The notes: a model not told the origin generated them from the letters alone. A stretch of DNA of 64,000 nt from Acidobacteriota bacterium (GCA_965248695.1 CBDFKD010000002.1:3808001-3872000), one strand, 5' to 3'; shown: positions 46,136-56,599, numbered from the stretch's first letter. Program-made: numbers and translations.

Positions 46136-46594
46136 ATGAGAGCTGCACGCAGCATCCCCGTGATCTTGCTGGTCGCGCTGGCAGCGGCATCGATGTACGG
46201 CGGACAGACACTCGGCGCCCAGGAACAGGCCGAGCTGCCCGACGGTGTGCAGCAATGGATGGAGCGCGATCAGGTGCGCCGGTGGGCCGGGTTGCTGGAG
46301 AGCGGTGAAGAGCTCTTCAACGAGGGCTCGTGTGCCCGTTGCCATGGCGAGGCTGGCAGCGGTGGTCGCTTCGGCCCCGATCTCGCCGACGCAACCTGGG
46401 TGCAATCCGAAGGCGATCTGGGCGGTATCCGAGAGACGATCTTCTGGGGTGTGCGGCGGCGCGATTTCAGCGATTCGAGCCTCCGATTCGAGATGAACCC
46501 CGGCGGGGGTATGGACCCGGAGTGGGGGGACTATGACGCGCTGGCAGCCTATGTCTGGTCGTTGAGCAACGGCACGTTCCTGCCGGAACGATGA
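46136..46594 (+). CDS. c-type cytochrome
   Basis: GGAGG RBS; signal peptide; CARCH heme motif; GPDLAD..W; distal Met (EMNP). Confidence 0.85.
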   Translation: MRAARSIPVILLVALAAASMYGGQTLGAQEQAELPDGVQQWMERDQVRRWAGLLESGEELFNEGSCARCHGEAGSGGRFGPDLADATWVQSEGDLGGIRETIFWGVRRRDFSDSSLRFEMNPGGGMDPEWGDYDALAAYVWSLSNGTFLPER

Positions 46595-46697
46595 TCCAGT
46601 CGGTGCTGCAACCTGCCTGAGCGCTGACTCGATCGGTCCGTCAACCTGCCCGAGCGCCGATTGACTCGCCAGCGGAAGTGTTGTCCCATGCGTCGGC

Positions 46698-46955
46698 ATG
46701 TCTTCTCCCAAAGCGGATCCTGAGGGCTACTGGCGGGCGAACCTGGTGCTCGTGGGGCGCCTGTTGTGCGTCTGGGCACTCGTCTCGTTTGGACTGGGGA
46801 TCTTCCTCGTCGAGCCGCTGAACACGATCCGCATCGGAGGCTTCCCTCTCGGGTTCTGGTTCGCGCATCAGGGCTCCATCTACGTCTTCATCGTCCTGAT
46901 CTGGACGTATGCCCGCCTGTCGGACCGCATGGCGGAGCGCTTCGGGGTCGACTAG
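46698..46955 (+). CDS. DUF4212 small membrane partner of solute symporter
   Basis: YWRANL..WALVSFG..GFPLGFWFAHQGSIYVF. Confidence 0.92.
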   Translation: MSSPKADPEGYWRANLVLVGRLLCVWALVSFGLGIFLVEPLNTIRIGGFPLGFWFAHQGSIYVFIVLIWTYARLSDRMAERFGVD

Positions 46956-46978
46956 TGGCCTGTTGCAGGCCACTAGTG
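46952..46978. repeat. Perfect intergenic hairpin
   Basis: ACTAGTGGCCTG-TTG-CAGGCCACTAGT; no U-tract. Confidence 0.8.
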
Positions 46979-47004
46979 GTCCGTAGCCGGCCATCGCGAC
47001 GACC

Positions 47005-48747
47005 ATGAGCGTGCTCGTCTGGACCTACATCATCGTCGGGTTGACCTTCACGCTCTACATCGGCATCGCCATCTGGACCCGCGCGCAGACCACCAAGGGG
47101 TTCTACATCGCCGGTCAGGGCGTGCCGGCGATCGCCAACGGCATGGCCACCGGCGCCGACTGGATGAGCGCCGCATCGTTTATCTCGATGGCTGGGCTGA
47201 TCTCGTTCATGGGCTACACCGGCACCGTGTACCTCATGGGTTGGACCGGTGGCTACGTGCTTCTGGCGCTGTTGCTGGCCCCCTACCTGCGCAAGTTCGG
47301 CAAGTTCACCGTGCCGGAGTTCGTCGGCGAGCGGTACGACTCCCAGGTGGCGCGCGTGATCGCCGTGTTCTGCGCCGTCTTCATCTCGTTTACCTACGTC
47401 GCCGGCCAGATGCGCGGCGTCGGCATCGCCTTCTCGCGTTTTCTGGAAGTGCCGATCGAGCAGGGCGTCGTGATGGGTATGGCGCTGGTGTTCATCTACG
47501 CCACCCTGGGCGGCATGCGCGGCATCACCTACACGCAGGTGGCGCAGTACGTGGTGCTGATCATTGCCTACCTGATCCCGGCGATTGCGATCTCCTGGAA
47601 GATGACCGGCAACCCGATTCCGCAGCTCGGGTTCGGTGGCGCTCTGGTCGAGGGCAACAACGCCGGCCGCTATCTGCTCGAGGCGCTCGACGCGATCCAC
47701 CGCGACCTCGGTCTGCCCGAGTACACCGCCGCCTGGGTCGGCGGCAAGAAGACGATGATCGACGTCACCGCGATCACGCTGGCGCTGATGGTCGGGACTG
47801 CCGGGCTACCGCATGTGCTGATTCGCTTCTACACCGTGCGCAGCGCCCGGGCGGCGCGCTGGAGCGCGATGTGGGCCCTGGTCTTCATCGCCGTCCTCTA
47901 TACCACCGCGCCCGCCGTCGCCGCGTTCGCGCGCTTCAACATGATCGATTCGCTCAGCGGCACGCGCTACGACGAAGCGCCGGTATGGTTCACTAACTGG
48001 GAGACCACCGGGCTGATCGCCTTCGACGACAAGAACGGCGACGGCCGGATTCTCTACTCCGGTGACGCGGCGGCCAACGAGCTCACCGTCGACCGCGACA
48101 TCGTGGTGCTCGCCAACCCGGAGATCGCGCAACTACCGAACTGGGTGGTGGCGCTGGTGGTGGCCGGCGCCCTGGCCGCCGCGCTGTCGACTGCCGCGGG
48201 GCTGCTGCTGGTGATCTCCTCGTCGCTGTCCCACGACCTGGTGAAGTCGATTCTCAAGCCCGACCTCAGCGAGCGCGACGAGTTGCGGCTGGCGCGTATC
48301 GCCGCCGGCGGAGCGGTTGTCGTCGCCGGGTTCTTCGGCATCTACCCGCTCGGTTTCGTGGCCCAGGTGGTGGCCTTCGCCTTCGGGCTCGCCGCCGCCA
48401 GCTTCTTCCCGATCCTGGTTCTGGGGATCTTCAACAAGCGAGTCAACAAGCAGGGTGCGATCGCCGGCATGCTCAGCGGCGTGCTGTTCACCGCTAGTTA
48501 CATCATCTATTTCCGCTCGATCAATCCCGGCGCTGGCGCCGACGAATGGTGGCTGGGAATCAGCCCCGAGGGCATCGGCGCGGTGGGCATGCTGCTCAAC
48601 TTCGCGGTGACGCTGGTGGTCAGCCATCTGACCCCGCCGCCCTCAGCCGAGGTGCAGGCGATGGTGGCCGAGATCAGGTTGCCGCGCGAGACGGTTGATC
48701 CGGTCGCCGCGGGTAAAGAGAGAGCGCGCATCGCGGCGGAAGGCTGA
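47005..48747 (+). CDS. Sodium:solute symporter (ActP-like cation/acetate symporter)
   Basis: NGMATGADWMSAASFISM, LAPYLRKFGKFTVPEF, GTAGLPHVLIRFYTV, AAALSTAAGLL. Confidence 0.93.
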   Translation: MSVLVWTYIIVGLTFTLYIGIAIWTRAQTTKGFYIAGQGVPAIANGMATGADWMSAASFISMAGLISFMGYTGTVYLMGWTGGYVLLALLLAPYLRKFGKFTVPEFVGERYDSQVARVIAVFCAVFISFTYVAGQMRGVGIAFSRFLEVPIEQGVVMGMALVFIYATLGGMRGITYTQVAQYVVLIIAYLIPAIAISWKMTGNPIPQLGFGGALVEGNNAGRYLLEALDAIHRDLGLPEYTAAWVGGKKTMIDVTAITLALMVGTAGLPHVLIRFYTVRSARAARWSAMWALVFIAVLYTTAPAVAAFARFNMIDSLSGTRYDEAPVWFTNWETTGLIAFDDKNGDGRILYSGDAAANELTVDRDIVVLANPEIAQLPNWVVALVVAGALAAALSTAAGLLLVISSSLSHDLVKSILKPDLSERDELRLARIAAGGAVVVAGFFGIYPLGFVAQVVAFAFGLAAASFFPILVLGIFNKRVNKQGAIAGMLSGVLFTASYIIYFRSINPGAGADEWWLGISPEGIGAVGMLLNFAVTLVVSHLTPPPSAEVQAMVAEIRLPRETVDPVAAGKERARIAAEG

Positions 48748-48767
48748 GTCCACGGAGGTCAAGTCGC

Positions 48768-49601
48768 ATGGGACCCAGAAACAGCGCAAGCGAAACCGGT
48801 CGCACGTCTCGTACGACAGCGGCTGTGTTGGTCGCCAGCATCACGGCGCTCGGCATCATCAGCATCGCTGCCGGTGCCGGGCTAGCACAGGGGGGCGATC
48901 CGGAGCTCACCGAGGTGTGGGAACCGGAGCCCGCCATCGTCGATCCCGGGGGACCGAGCCGGGCCCCATCCGACGCCATCGTGCTGTTTGACGGCAGCAA
49001 CCTCGACGCCTGGCACCACGTCGGCGTCGATGGGGAATCGACCGGCGACGCTGGATGGAGGGTCCATGACGGCATCATGACGGTCGTTCCCGGCGCCGGC
49101 AGCCTGCTCACCAGGCAGAGGTTCGGCGATGTTCAGCTGCATGTCGAGTGGCGAACGCCCGAAGTCGTCGAAGGCGACAGCCAGGGTCGCGGCAACAGCG
49201 GCGTGTTCCTGATGAACCGCTACGAGGTGCAGGTGCTGGATTCGTTCGACAACCGCACCTACTCAAACGGCCAAGCGGCGAGCATCTACAAGCAGTCCAT
49301 TCCGCAGGTAAACGCTTCGCGGGGGCCGGGCCGGTGGCAGTCGTACGACATCCTGTTCGAAGCGCCCCGGTTCGCCGATACCGGAGAGGTGGAAAGCCCC
49401 GCCATGATGACCGTGCTGCACAACGGCGTGCTGGTGCAGCACCACGTCACTCTGCGGGGACCGACCGTGTTCATCGGCGAGCCAGCCTACGAGCCGCATT
49501 CCATGCGCGAGCCCATCCAGCTGCAGGATCACACCAACCCGGTCAGCTTCCGCAACGTATGGGTGCGCGAGCTGCCGCGGCGGAACAGGGTGGCTCGCTG
49601 A
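48768..49601 (+). CDS. DUF1080 (3-keto-disaccharide hydrolase-like) exported protein
   Basis: APSDAIVLFDG, FGDVQLHVEW, GNSGVF, YEVQVLDS, LQDH..VSFRNVW. Confidence 0.92.
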   Translation: MGPRNSASETGRTSRTTAAVLVASITALGIISIAAGAGLAQGGDPELTEVWEPEPAIVDPGGPSRAPSDAIVLFDGSNLDAWHHVGVDGESTGDAGWRVHDGIMTVVPGAGSLLTRQRFGDVQLHVEWRTPEVVEGDSQGRGNSGVFLMNRYEVQVLDSFDNRTYSNGQAASIYKQSIPQVNASRGPGRWQSYDILFEAPRFADTGEVESPAMMTVLHNGVLVQHHVTLRGPTVFIGEPAYEPHSMREPIQLQDHTNPVSFRNVWVRELPRRNRVAR

Positions 49602-49612
49602 GGAAGGATGGC

Positions 49613-52288
49613 ATGGAGGCCGGCAGCAAGCTCGGACACTTCGAGATCCTCGAGCCGCTCGGTGCCGGCGGCATGGGCGAGGTCTATCTCGCCCGGGATA
49701 CCCGGCTCGGGCGCACGGTCGCCATCAAGGTACTGCCCACCGAGTTCGCCTCCGACCCGGAGCGCCTGGCGCGTTTCGAGCTGGAGGCACGCGCCGCTGC
49801 CGGCCTGAACCACCCTCACATCGCCGCGGTCTTCGATATGGGAGTCGAGGGCGACACTCACTTCATGGTGCAGGAGCATCTCGAGGGGGAGACGCTGCGG
49901 GAGCCGTTGAACAGCGCGGCGCTAGCGCTGAACAAGGCCCTCGATCTGGCCGTCGAGATCGCCGAGGCGCTGACCGCGGCGCACGCGGCCGGGATCGTCC
50001 ACCGCGATCTGAAGCCGGAGAACGTCTTCGTAACCCGCGAGGGGCACGCCAAGGTGCTGGACTTCGGCCTCGCCAAGCTGACCGAAGTGGCCACGGTCGG
50101 ATCGCCGGGCGACGCCACGCGTTCGCCGACGATGATGGGGACGGCGGCGGGACAGGTCATGGGCACCGCCGGCTACATGGCCCCGGAGCAGGTAGAGGGC
50201 GCCGAGGTCGATCACCGTGCCGATCTGTTCGCCTTCGGATGCTTGCTCTACGAGATGACCAGCGGCCGACAGCCGTTCGCCGGCAAGAACATCATCGATA
50301 CGCTCCATCGGATCGCCAACGTGGAGCCCAGGCCGCTGGCCGAGCTGGTCGACGACGCGCCGACCGATCTGCAACGGATCCTGCGCAAATGCCTCGCCAA
50401 GGAGCCCGACAAGCGCTACCAGGCGACCGCTGACCTGGTTGTCGACCTGCGGCAACTGCGTGAGGACGTCGTCGCCGGGGTGGCAGTCCGTGGGTCGGAC
50501 GAAGGCGCCGACCCCGCCGCTCGCTCGGGGCTCCCGTGGTCCGTGGCGGCACCGGCCCTGGCGACCGTGGCGGCGATCGCAGCCGCCCTGGGCTGGTATT
50601 TCGCCGGGGCCCCGGAGGCACCGGCCGAGGCCACCCGGCTCGATATCACGCTCCCGGTCGAGGCTCCGGCGCGTTCCCTCGCAGTCTCCGCTGACGGACG
50701 TCAGATCGTCTTCTCCGCTGGTGGCACGCTGTGGCGTCGAGGCCTGGGTGAGCACGAAGCGGTCCCCATTGCGGGCACCGAGGGCGGGCGGTTGCCCTTC
50801 TTTTCGCCGGACGGCCAGCAACTTGGTTTCTTTTACGACGGGGATCTGCACAGAGTGCCGATCAGTGGTGGAGCCGCGGTCGCGATTACAACGATCGGCA
50901 CGGTAATCCCCTCAGGGCCAGGCGTGTGGACAGCCGACGGTGAGATCTACTTCGCGGACGGGGGCATCCAGCGCGTCGATGCCGGTGGCGGCGATGCGAC
51001 GACCATCGCTCGAGCCTCCGACCACGGTGCCACGGGCCTCCTCGCGCCCCGACCGTTGCCCGGGGGATCCTGGGTGGTGTTCACGGCGCGCATGTCGGGT
51101 CGCCGCGGCGACAGCCGGATCGTGGCGCAATCGCTCGCGGATGCGACGGATCGCCGTGAGCTTGTGCGCGACGTGCGTTTGGGCAGGTTCGTTGATTCCG
51201 GGCACCTGGTCTACTTCGACTACCGCGATGTCCTGGTCGCCGTGCCCTTCGACGCGGCGGCCATCGAGCTCACTGGACCAGCCGCGGCGCTCCCGGAACG
51301 AGTACGCTATCCGGAGCTGGCGGTCTCCCCGTCGGGCACTTTGGCGTACGTGCCAAACGACGCCGGCGCGACCGACCTACGATCGCTCGTCTGGGTGGAT
51401 GAAGACGGCACCGAAATATCGATCGGCGTCCCCGGGGAGGCATACGGCTGGTTCGCGTTGTCACCCGACGCGACACGGATCGCCTACACGCGCTTCGACC
51501 GCGACGGGTCGGACATTTGGACGCTCGATGTCGGGTCGGGCGACGTCAACCGATTGACCTACTCGGAGTTCGACTTCATACCCGCATGGAGTCCCGACGG
51601 TAGCCAGATCGTCTTCGCCAGCGGCCGCGCGGGGGCGCAGGATCGCGATCTATACACCGTGCCGACCGACGGGAGCAGTCGTGCCGTGCCGCTCTCCAGC
51701 ACCCCGGAGGCCCTCTATCCGACCATGTGGGCCCCCGACGGTCGGGTGCTGATGCAGGCGCTCGACCGCGGCCAGCGTGAGTACCAAATCCGCCTGCTCG
51801 ACCTGAGTACCGGCGAGACGACGTCGATCGAAACAGTCGAGCGCCGGGTCAGGAACCCGACGTTCTCTCCCGATGGGCGCTGGCTGGTCTACAGAGGTGC
51901 CGTGGGCGGGGACAGCCGCATATACATTCGCAGGGCTGACGACGCGGGAGGCCGCTGGAGCGTGTCGCCCGCCGGGTCCAGCTTCCCGCGCTGGGCACCG
52001 GACAGTCGCAGCATCACATACGAGTTTGACGGTGCGCTCTGGAGAGCATCGCTCGAGCTGGGGAATGAGGTCCGTGTAGCCGAGCGGCGACGCCTCTTCG
52101 ACTTCGCCTATTGGTCGCGGAGCGACGGCACCCACGCCTACGACGTGCATCCCGAGACCGGACGGTTCCTCTTCCTGAAGAACAGTGACCCCGAACCGGC
52201 TGTCGACGGAGTTGCCCCCGGTCCCCGGATCTCGGTGGTGCTGAACTGGTTCGAGGAGCTGAAGCGGCTGGCCCCCGCGGGGCGCTAG
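49613..52288 (+). CDS. Hanks-type Ser/Thr kinase with TM segment and TolB-like beta-propeller
   Basis: LGAGGMGEVY, VAIKVL, HRDLKPEN, DFG, YMAPEQ; SPDG repeats; VVLNWFEELKR. Confidence 0.95.
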   Translation: MEAGSKLGHFEILEPLGAGGMGEVYLARDTRLGRTVAIKVLPTEFASDPERLARFELEARAAAGLNHPHIAAVFDMGVEGDTHFMVQEHLEGETLREPLNSAALALNKALDLAVEIAEALTAAHAAGIVHRDLKPENVFVTREGHAKVLDFGLAKLTEVATVGSPGDATRSPTMMGTAAGQVMGTAGYMAPEQVEGAEVDHRADLFAFGCLLYEMTSGRQPFAGKNIIDTLHRIANVEPRPLAELVDDAPTDLQRILRKCLAKEPDKRYQATADLVVDLRQLREDVVAGVAVRGSDEGADPAARSGLPWSVAAPALATVAAIAAALGWYFAGAPEAPAEATRLDITLPVEAPARSLAVSADGRQIVFSAGGTLWRRGLGEHEAVPIAGTEGGRLPFFSPDGQQLGFFYDGDLHRVPISGGAAVAITTIGTVIPSGPGVWTADGEIYFADGGIQRVDAGGGDATTIARASDHGATGLLAPRPLPGGSWVVFTARMSGRRGDSRIVAQSLADATDRRELVRDVRLGRFVDSGHLVYFDYRDVLVAVPFDAAAIELTGPAAALPERVRYPELAVSPSGTLAYVPNDAGATDLRSLVWVDEDGTEISIGVPGEAYGWFALSPDATRIAYTRFDRDGSDIWTLDVGSGDVNRLTYSEFDFIPAWSPDGSQIVFASGRAGAQDRDLYTVPTDGSSRAVPLSSTPEALYPTMWAPDGRVLMQALDRGQREYQIRLLDLSTGETTSIETVERRVRNPTFSPDGRWLVYRGAVGGDSRIYIRRADDAGGRWSVSPAGSSFPRWAPDSRSITYEFDGALWRASLELGNEVRVAERRRLFDFAYWSRSDGTHAYDVHPETGRFLFLKNSDPEPAVDGVAPGPRISVVLNWFEELKRLAPAGR

Positions 52289-53679
52289 TCGAGCCGGCCC
52301 GCAATCCCGCCGAGCTCCGAGAACCAAACCACGCCGTCCTTCATCACCAACTCGACCTGCCCCAGCATGTTGATGTCGAACAGCGGGTCGCCGTCGACGA
52401 CGATGATGTCGGCGCGCTTGCCGGGCTCGATGGTGCCGGTCTCGTCGCCTAGGCCCATGATCTCGGCGTTCGTCTTGGTTGCCGCCGAGATGGCGCGCAG
52501 CTCGCTCATGCCGCTGTCGACCAGCGCCGAGATCTCGCGCCACATGGCCTCGGTATGGAAGTTGAGCGGGCTGGCGGCGTCGGTGCCGACGCCGATCATT
52601 GCCCCGGCCTCGATGAACTGCCGCGCGGAGATCTTGCTGTTGCGGATCTGGCGCGGTGCATCGTGGAAGTAGGGCGCCTGTCGGAAGCCGATGAACGACC
52701 GTTGCATCTCGGCCCAGACCTCCGGTGACATGTCGCGCGCAAGGCGCGGATCGCGGAGCCGCGAGGGGAACTGCAACGTTTCCGGGTAGACCCAGATGCG
52801 GTGGGCGATGGTCTGCACGATGGGCTTGCGGCTGTGCGCCACAGCGGCGACCAAGGCGTCGTCGTAGGCCGGGTTGCCGGCCGAGCCGACGTGCTGCAGG
52901 ACGTCGACGCCCGTGTCGAGCGCCCGCTGGATCGCCTCAGGCCGGTAGAGGTGTGCGTGTACCTTGGCACCGCGTGCGTGAGCGGTTTCGACGATGGCGT
53001 GCATGTCGTCGTCGGTCAAACGGACCCACGTCTTGATGACGTCGGCGCCGCGGTCGAGCAGCGAGGTGGTCTCGGCGGCCGCCTCCTCGGGCGAGGAGAT
53101 CACGTTCTGCAGCTCCGCGGGGCTGCTGCTCATGGCGACGCGCGTGAGCCAGATGCCACTCACCTGCATGCGCGGCCCGGGAATCTCGCCACGGTCGATG
53201 CGCTCGCGCACCGGCAGAATGGTCTCGAGCGGCGCGCCGAGGTCGACGGCCCCGGTGACCCCGGCCCGCAGCATCTGCTTGGCAGCGGTCTCCATCACCT
53301 CGGTGAGGCGATCGGTGCGAAAGACGAACTCGTAGTAGTCGGGGTAGTTGGCGTGCCCGATCAGGTCGAGATGCATGTGCAGGTCGATCAGCCCCGGCAT
53401 CACGGTGTGCCCACCGGTATCGACGATCATGGCGCCGGCCGGGATCTCGACGCTCGAGGCGGTGCCGACCGCGATGATCCGCCCGTCGCTCACGACGATC
53501 ACCGAGTCGTGGATCGGCGGCGTCTCGTAGCCGTCGAGCAGCATGCCGCCGACGAAAGCGATCACCCGGCCGGGGGTGGTCTGAGGCGCCTCGCCAGCGA
53601 TTACCGCGGATTCGCCGAGGACGAGCAGCGTCAGAGTCAGGGCAAGCGCGGCTCGCAGGCATGGAGTTGACGTCCGCAT
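52285..53679 (-). CDS. Amidohydrolase family protein, exported
   Basis: PGLIDLHMH, VHAH, GTDAAS, GTIEPGKRADII. Confidence 0.9.
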   Translation of the reverse strand: MRTSTPCLRAALALTLTLLVLGESAVIAGEAPQTTPGRVIAFVGGMLLDGYETPPIHDSVIVVSDGRIIAVGTASSVEIPAGAMIVDTGGHTVMPGLIDLHMHLDLIGHANYPDYYEFVFRTDRLTEVMETAAKQMLRAGVTGAVDLGAPLETILPVRERIDRGEIPGPRMQVSGIWLTRVAMSSSPAELQNVISSPEEAAAETTSLLDRGADVIKTWVRLTDDDMHAIVETAHARGAKVHAHLYRPEAIQRALDTGVDVLQHVGSAGNPAYDDALVAAVAHSRKPIVQTIAHRIWVYPETLQFPSRLRDPRLARDMSPEVWAEMQRSFIGFRQAPYFHDAPRQIRNSKISARQFIEAGAMIGVGTDAASPLNFHTEAMWREISALVDSGMSELRAISAATKTNAEIMGLGDETGTIEPGKRADIIVVDGDPLFDINMLGQVELVMKDGVVWFSELGGIAGRLD

Positions 53680-53791
53680 TCTCACGGGAGGGCCTCCAGC
53701 GCCAGTACTTGTCGATGCTATGAATTACTATTATTTGCTAGAAAGCGTTTCTCGAAAATCCCATCGGAATCACAGCGTCGAGGATCGTCTC

Positions 53792-54016
53792 ATGAAAACC
53801 GTGCAGATCAACGCTCGCATCGACCCTGACCTGAAGCACGCCCTCGATGCGTATTGCGGCAGGAACGGCGTGTCGATCAACCACTTCGTGCAGGAAGCGT
53901 TGATCGATCGTTTGGAGGATCTCGAGGATATCGAAGACGTGAAGAAGCTCCGGCACGAGCCGACGCAGCCGTTTTCAGAGGTTCTGAAAGAGCTGGGGTT
54001 GGATGACCTGCTATGA
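53792..54016 (+). CDS. RHH-type antitoxin (RelB/CopG-like)
   Basis: MKTVQINARID..FVQEAL..LEDLEDI..EVLKELGL; overlaps the toxin. Confidence 0.8.
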   Translation: MKTVQINARIDPDLKHALDAYCGRNGVSINHFVQEALIDRLEDLEDIEDVKKLRHEPTQPFSEVLKELGLDDLL

Positions 54017-54266
54017 GCTCGAGATGGCTGTCGCAGCCAAACGGCAGCTCAAGAAACTGCCGGCCGATGCTCGGAGACGGGTGTCCATCGCCGCCTTGGC
54101 TCTACGGTACGACCCTCGTCCGCAGGGTTCGCGCAAGTTGTTCGGCTACGACGACGTGTTTCGCATCCGGGTCGGCCCCTATCGGATTCTCTACAGCGTC
54201 GCCGACCATAGACTGGTGGTGTTGATTATCAAGATCGGCAATCGACGCGACGTGTACCGGCGGTGA
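54003..54266 (+). CDS. RelE/ParE family toxin
   Basis: AKRQLKKL..PRPQGSRKL..FRIRVGPYRILY..IGNRRDVYR. Confidence 0.92.
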   Translation: MTCYELEMAVAAKRQLKKLPADARRRVSIAALALRYDPRPQGSRKLFGYDDVFRIRVGPYRILYSVADHRLVVLIIKIGNRRDVYRR

Positions 54267-54322
54267 TTCCCGGTCGCGAGGTGCCAGGGTGGACGCCGCC
54301 TGCCGAGGCGCCGCCGGCCTGA

Positions 54323-56599
54323 TTACCACTCCGCCGCGAACCTGCGCAGCACGTTCTCGGTGATGCGTGAGACGTTGTTGTCGTAGTCGTTGTAGGACAG
54401 GCTGCCGCTCCAGGCGATCGAGGCCGGAGTCCAGACGGCGCCATCGTTGGGGTACTCGAAGTAGACCATGTCGGCGCGCACCATCTCGTCCCAGTTGCCC
54501 TGGTTCGAGGTCTGAACCTCCTCGACGACGTGCTGGTAGGCGTCGGAGTGCTCGCCCACGGATGTGGCCAGCAACAGCGCGTGTGGCGGGGTGCCGAGGA
54601 AGTGGTCCAAGCGGTCGAGCTCCGAGCCGGCGGCGCCGTGACCCAGCACCAGCGACGGGATGTCGCCGATTGTTTCGTCGTCGTCGATGCCCTCGAAGAT
54701 GAACGCCGCGCGTGGATCGAGGCTGTCGGGCAGACGCGTGTAGGGGGAGTTGACGTCAAACCCCTGAGCGGTGAAGCCGACGCCGACGAGCTCCTGTGGA
54801 GCGCGCCCACGGTTGCGCCACAGGCCGCCGATCTCGCCGGTAGTGCTGTGGTGATACTCGCCCGGCTGCGCCTCCCAGTACTGCGTGCCGCCCCAGCGGC
54901 GCAGCTCGGCGGTCAGCGGTCGTTCGGGGTGAATCGAGTAGATCCAGTAGAAGCCGTTGCCGCCCATGTACATCATGCGGCCGCCGGCCTGCAGGTATTC
55001 CTCCACGTCGTCGAGCATCTGAGACGAGTAGTACTCGGGATGCGTGCCGGTCACGATCACGCGATACGGGTCCAGCAGCGCCCGGCCCTCGGCGTGCAGC
55101 GCATCGTCTGTGATGGTGTCGTAGGCGAAGCCCTTGGCTTCCAGCCAGTCCACCAGGTGGGTGTCGGCGATGAACTCCCAGGGGTTGTTCGAAGCGATGT
55201 TCGGACGCACGTCGAGGATAGGTCTGAGCCACGAGGAGTAGGCCACGCCGCTGCCGTCGGAGTGGTGGTCGTAGTGGCTGAGCAGCTCCGGGGTCTCGTC
55301 GTCGAAGCTGTTGGCGTACGCCAGGTAGCTGAAGGTGGGCACCAGGAAGGCGATGTCGGCGTTGCTCGAACCGCTCGCCGGGCGGACGAAGAAGGGGATC
55401 GTGTCCTCCGCGTCACCGGCCCGCAGTCGGGCGCCGTAGATGCCGCTGCGCAGATCGGCGGGGACGGTGTACTCGAAGGCCACCTCCCATCCCGCGTCGT
55501 CCAGGTCGTCGTCGTGAAAGTGGATGGCGGCGTACTGCTCCGGGGCATGCCGGAAGTCGTTCTCGGCGCCGTTCCAGTCGTGTCCGGTAACCGCACGCGT
55601 CGGCATGTTCACGGCGCGCCCGTGCAACCCGTTGGACGAGGCGTCGGAGATTCTGAGCGAGGCCATGTCGGCGGAGAAATCCCATGCCGCCGCCGGCCGC
55701 GCGGGAGTCGCTCCTCGTCGGAGCGCCTCGACCTCGTCGGCCCCGAGGGCTCGATCAAACAGCCGCGGGCTGTCGATCTTGCCGTTGAAGAAGGTGCCCG
55801 GTTGGGCCTGATCGGCCGCCCAGCGATCCCATCCGGCAGCGATCAGCAGGGGGGCGTCAGTGTGGATCACGGCGCGAACCGGGCTGGCATGCTCGACGAC
55901 GGCGCGCGAGGCGTCGCCGGGCCAGCGGCGTAGCGGTTGCTGATAGAGCGTCACCTTGCCAGCTTGGGCGTCGAACGTTGCGGCAACGAACGTCCAGGCC
56001 GTGGAACGTGGCGGCAATGTGGTGATGCCGTAGCCTGGGGGATCGGATCGTGGATGCGACGCTGCGAGGGGTGCGCCACTGTGTACCGCCGACAGCTCAC
56101 CGGAGCCGTCTCCCATCCACAGCGTCAACCGCCCCGCTGCATCGATTCCGAGGCCGTAGCCGGACCCCTCCGCCGCCGACCACTTGGTAACGATTCCCTG
56201 TCGCCCCTTGTCTGGTGTGGTGGCGTAGATCCACGCCGCCACTGTGAAGCTGGAGCTCGGCCGCAGCCGTGGGTCGTCGGGAACGGTCACGTAGGAGCCG
56301 TTGGGCAACGGCTGAAACTTCCCCGCGTAGGTGCCGTTGACCGGCGAAGGGACCTGCTCCTCCTTGATCCCGGGCCCGAGCGGATTGGGATCGCTATGGA
56401 TCAGGCGCACGATCTCGGCGCTGTACTCGGGACCCGTACTGCTAACCATGAATCGGATGGTCTCGCCCGGCTGGACGGTCATCTGATCCGCGTACCCGGT
56501 GATCACCATGTCCTTGGGATTCCGGTCCTGGGCCGCCACCGGCAGGATCGCTAGCGCCAGGCTCAGTCCGGCGAATCCCGCAACGTGTTCGAGTCGCAT
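54323..56599 (-). CDS. N,N-dimethylformamidase beta (large) subunit family protein with LamG-like domain and signal peptide
   Basis: GGAGG RBS; FNGKIDSP, AIHFHDDDL, PTFSYLAYAN, TGTHPEYYS, MGGNGFYW, GEIGGLWRNRGR, SIAWSGSL. Confidence 0.9.
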   Translation of the reverse strand: MRLEHVAGFAGLSLALAILPVAAQDRNPKDMVITGYADQMTVQPGETIRFMVSSTGPEYSAEIVRLIHSDPNPLGPGIKEEQVPSPVNGTYAGKFQPLPNGSYVTVPDDPRLRPSSSFTVAAWIYATTPDKGRQGIVTKWSAAEGSGYGLGIDAAGRLTLWMGDGSGELSAVHSGAPLAASHPRSDPPGYGITTLPPRSTAWTFVAATFDAQAGKVTLYQQPLRRWPGDASRAVVEHASPVRAVIHTDAPLLIAAGWDRWAADQAQPGTFFNGKIDSPRLFDRALGADEVEALRRGATPARPAAAWDFSADMASLRISDASSNGLHGRAVNMPTRAVTGHDWNGAENDFRHAPEQYAAIHFHDDDLDDAGWEVAFEYTVPADLRSGIYGARLRAGDAEDTIPFFVRPASGSSNADIAFLVPTFSYLAYANSFDDETPELLSHYDHHSDGSGVAYSSWLRPILDVRPNIASNNPWEFIADTHLVDWLEAKGFAYDTITDDALHAEGRALLDPYRVIVTGTHPEYYSSQMLDDVEEYLQAGGRMMYMGGNGFYWIYSIHPERPLTAELRRWGGTQYWEAQPGEYHHSTTGEIGGLWRNRGRAPQELVGVGFTAQGFDVNSPYTRLPDSLDPRAAFIFEGIDDDETIGDIPSLVLGHGAAGSELDRLDHFLGTPPHALLLATSVGEHSDAYQHVVEEVQTSNQGNWDEMVRADMVYFEYPNDGAVWTPASIAWSGSLSYNDYDNNVSRITENVLRRFAAEW

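Noticed and set aside
49148-49612. N-terminal extension of the kinase ORF
   Set aside because: Overlaps DUF1080 in another frame; kinase homology begins at ATG 49613
53740-53752. LacI-like operator AGAAAGCGTTTCT
   Set aside because: Single imperfect palindrome with no LacI regulator in the window; could equally be a TA promoter element
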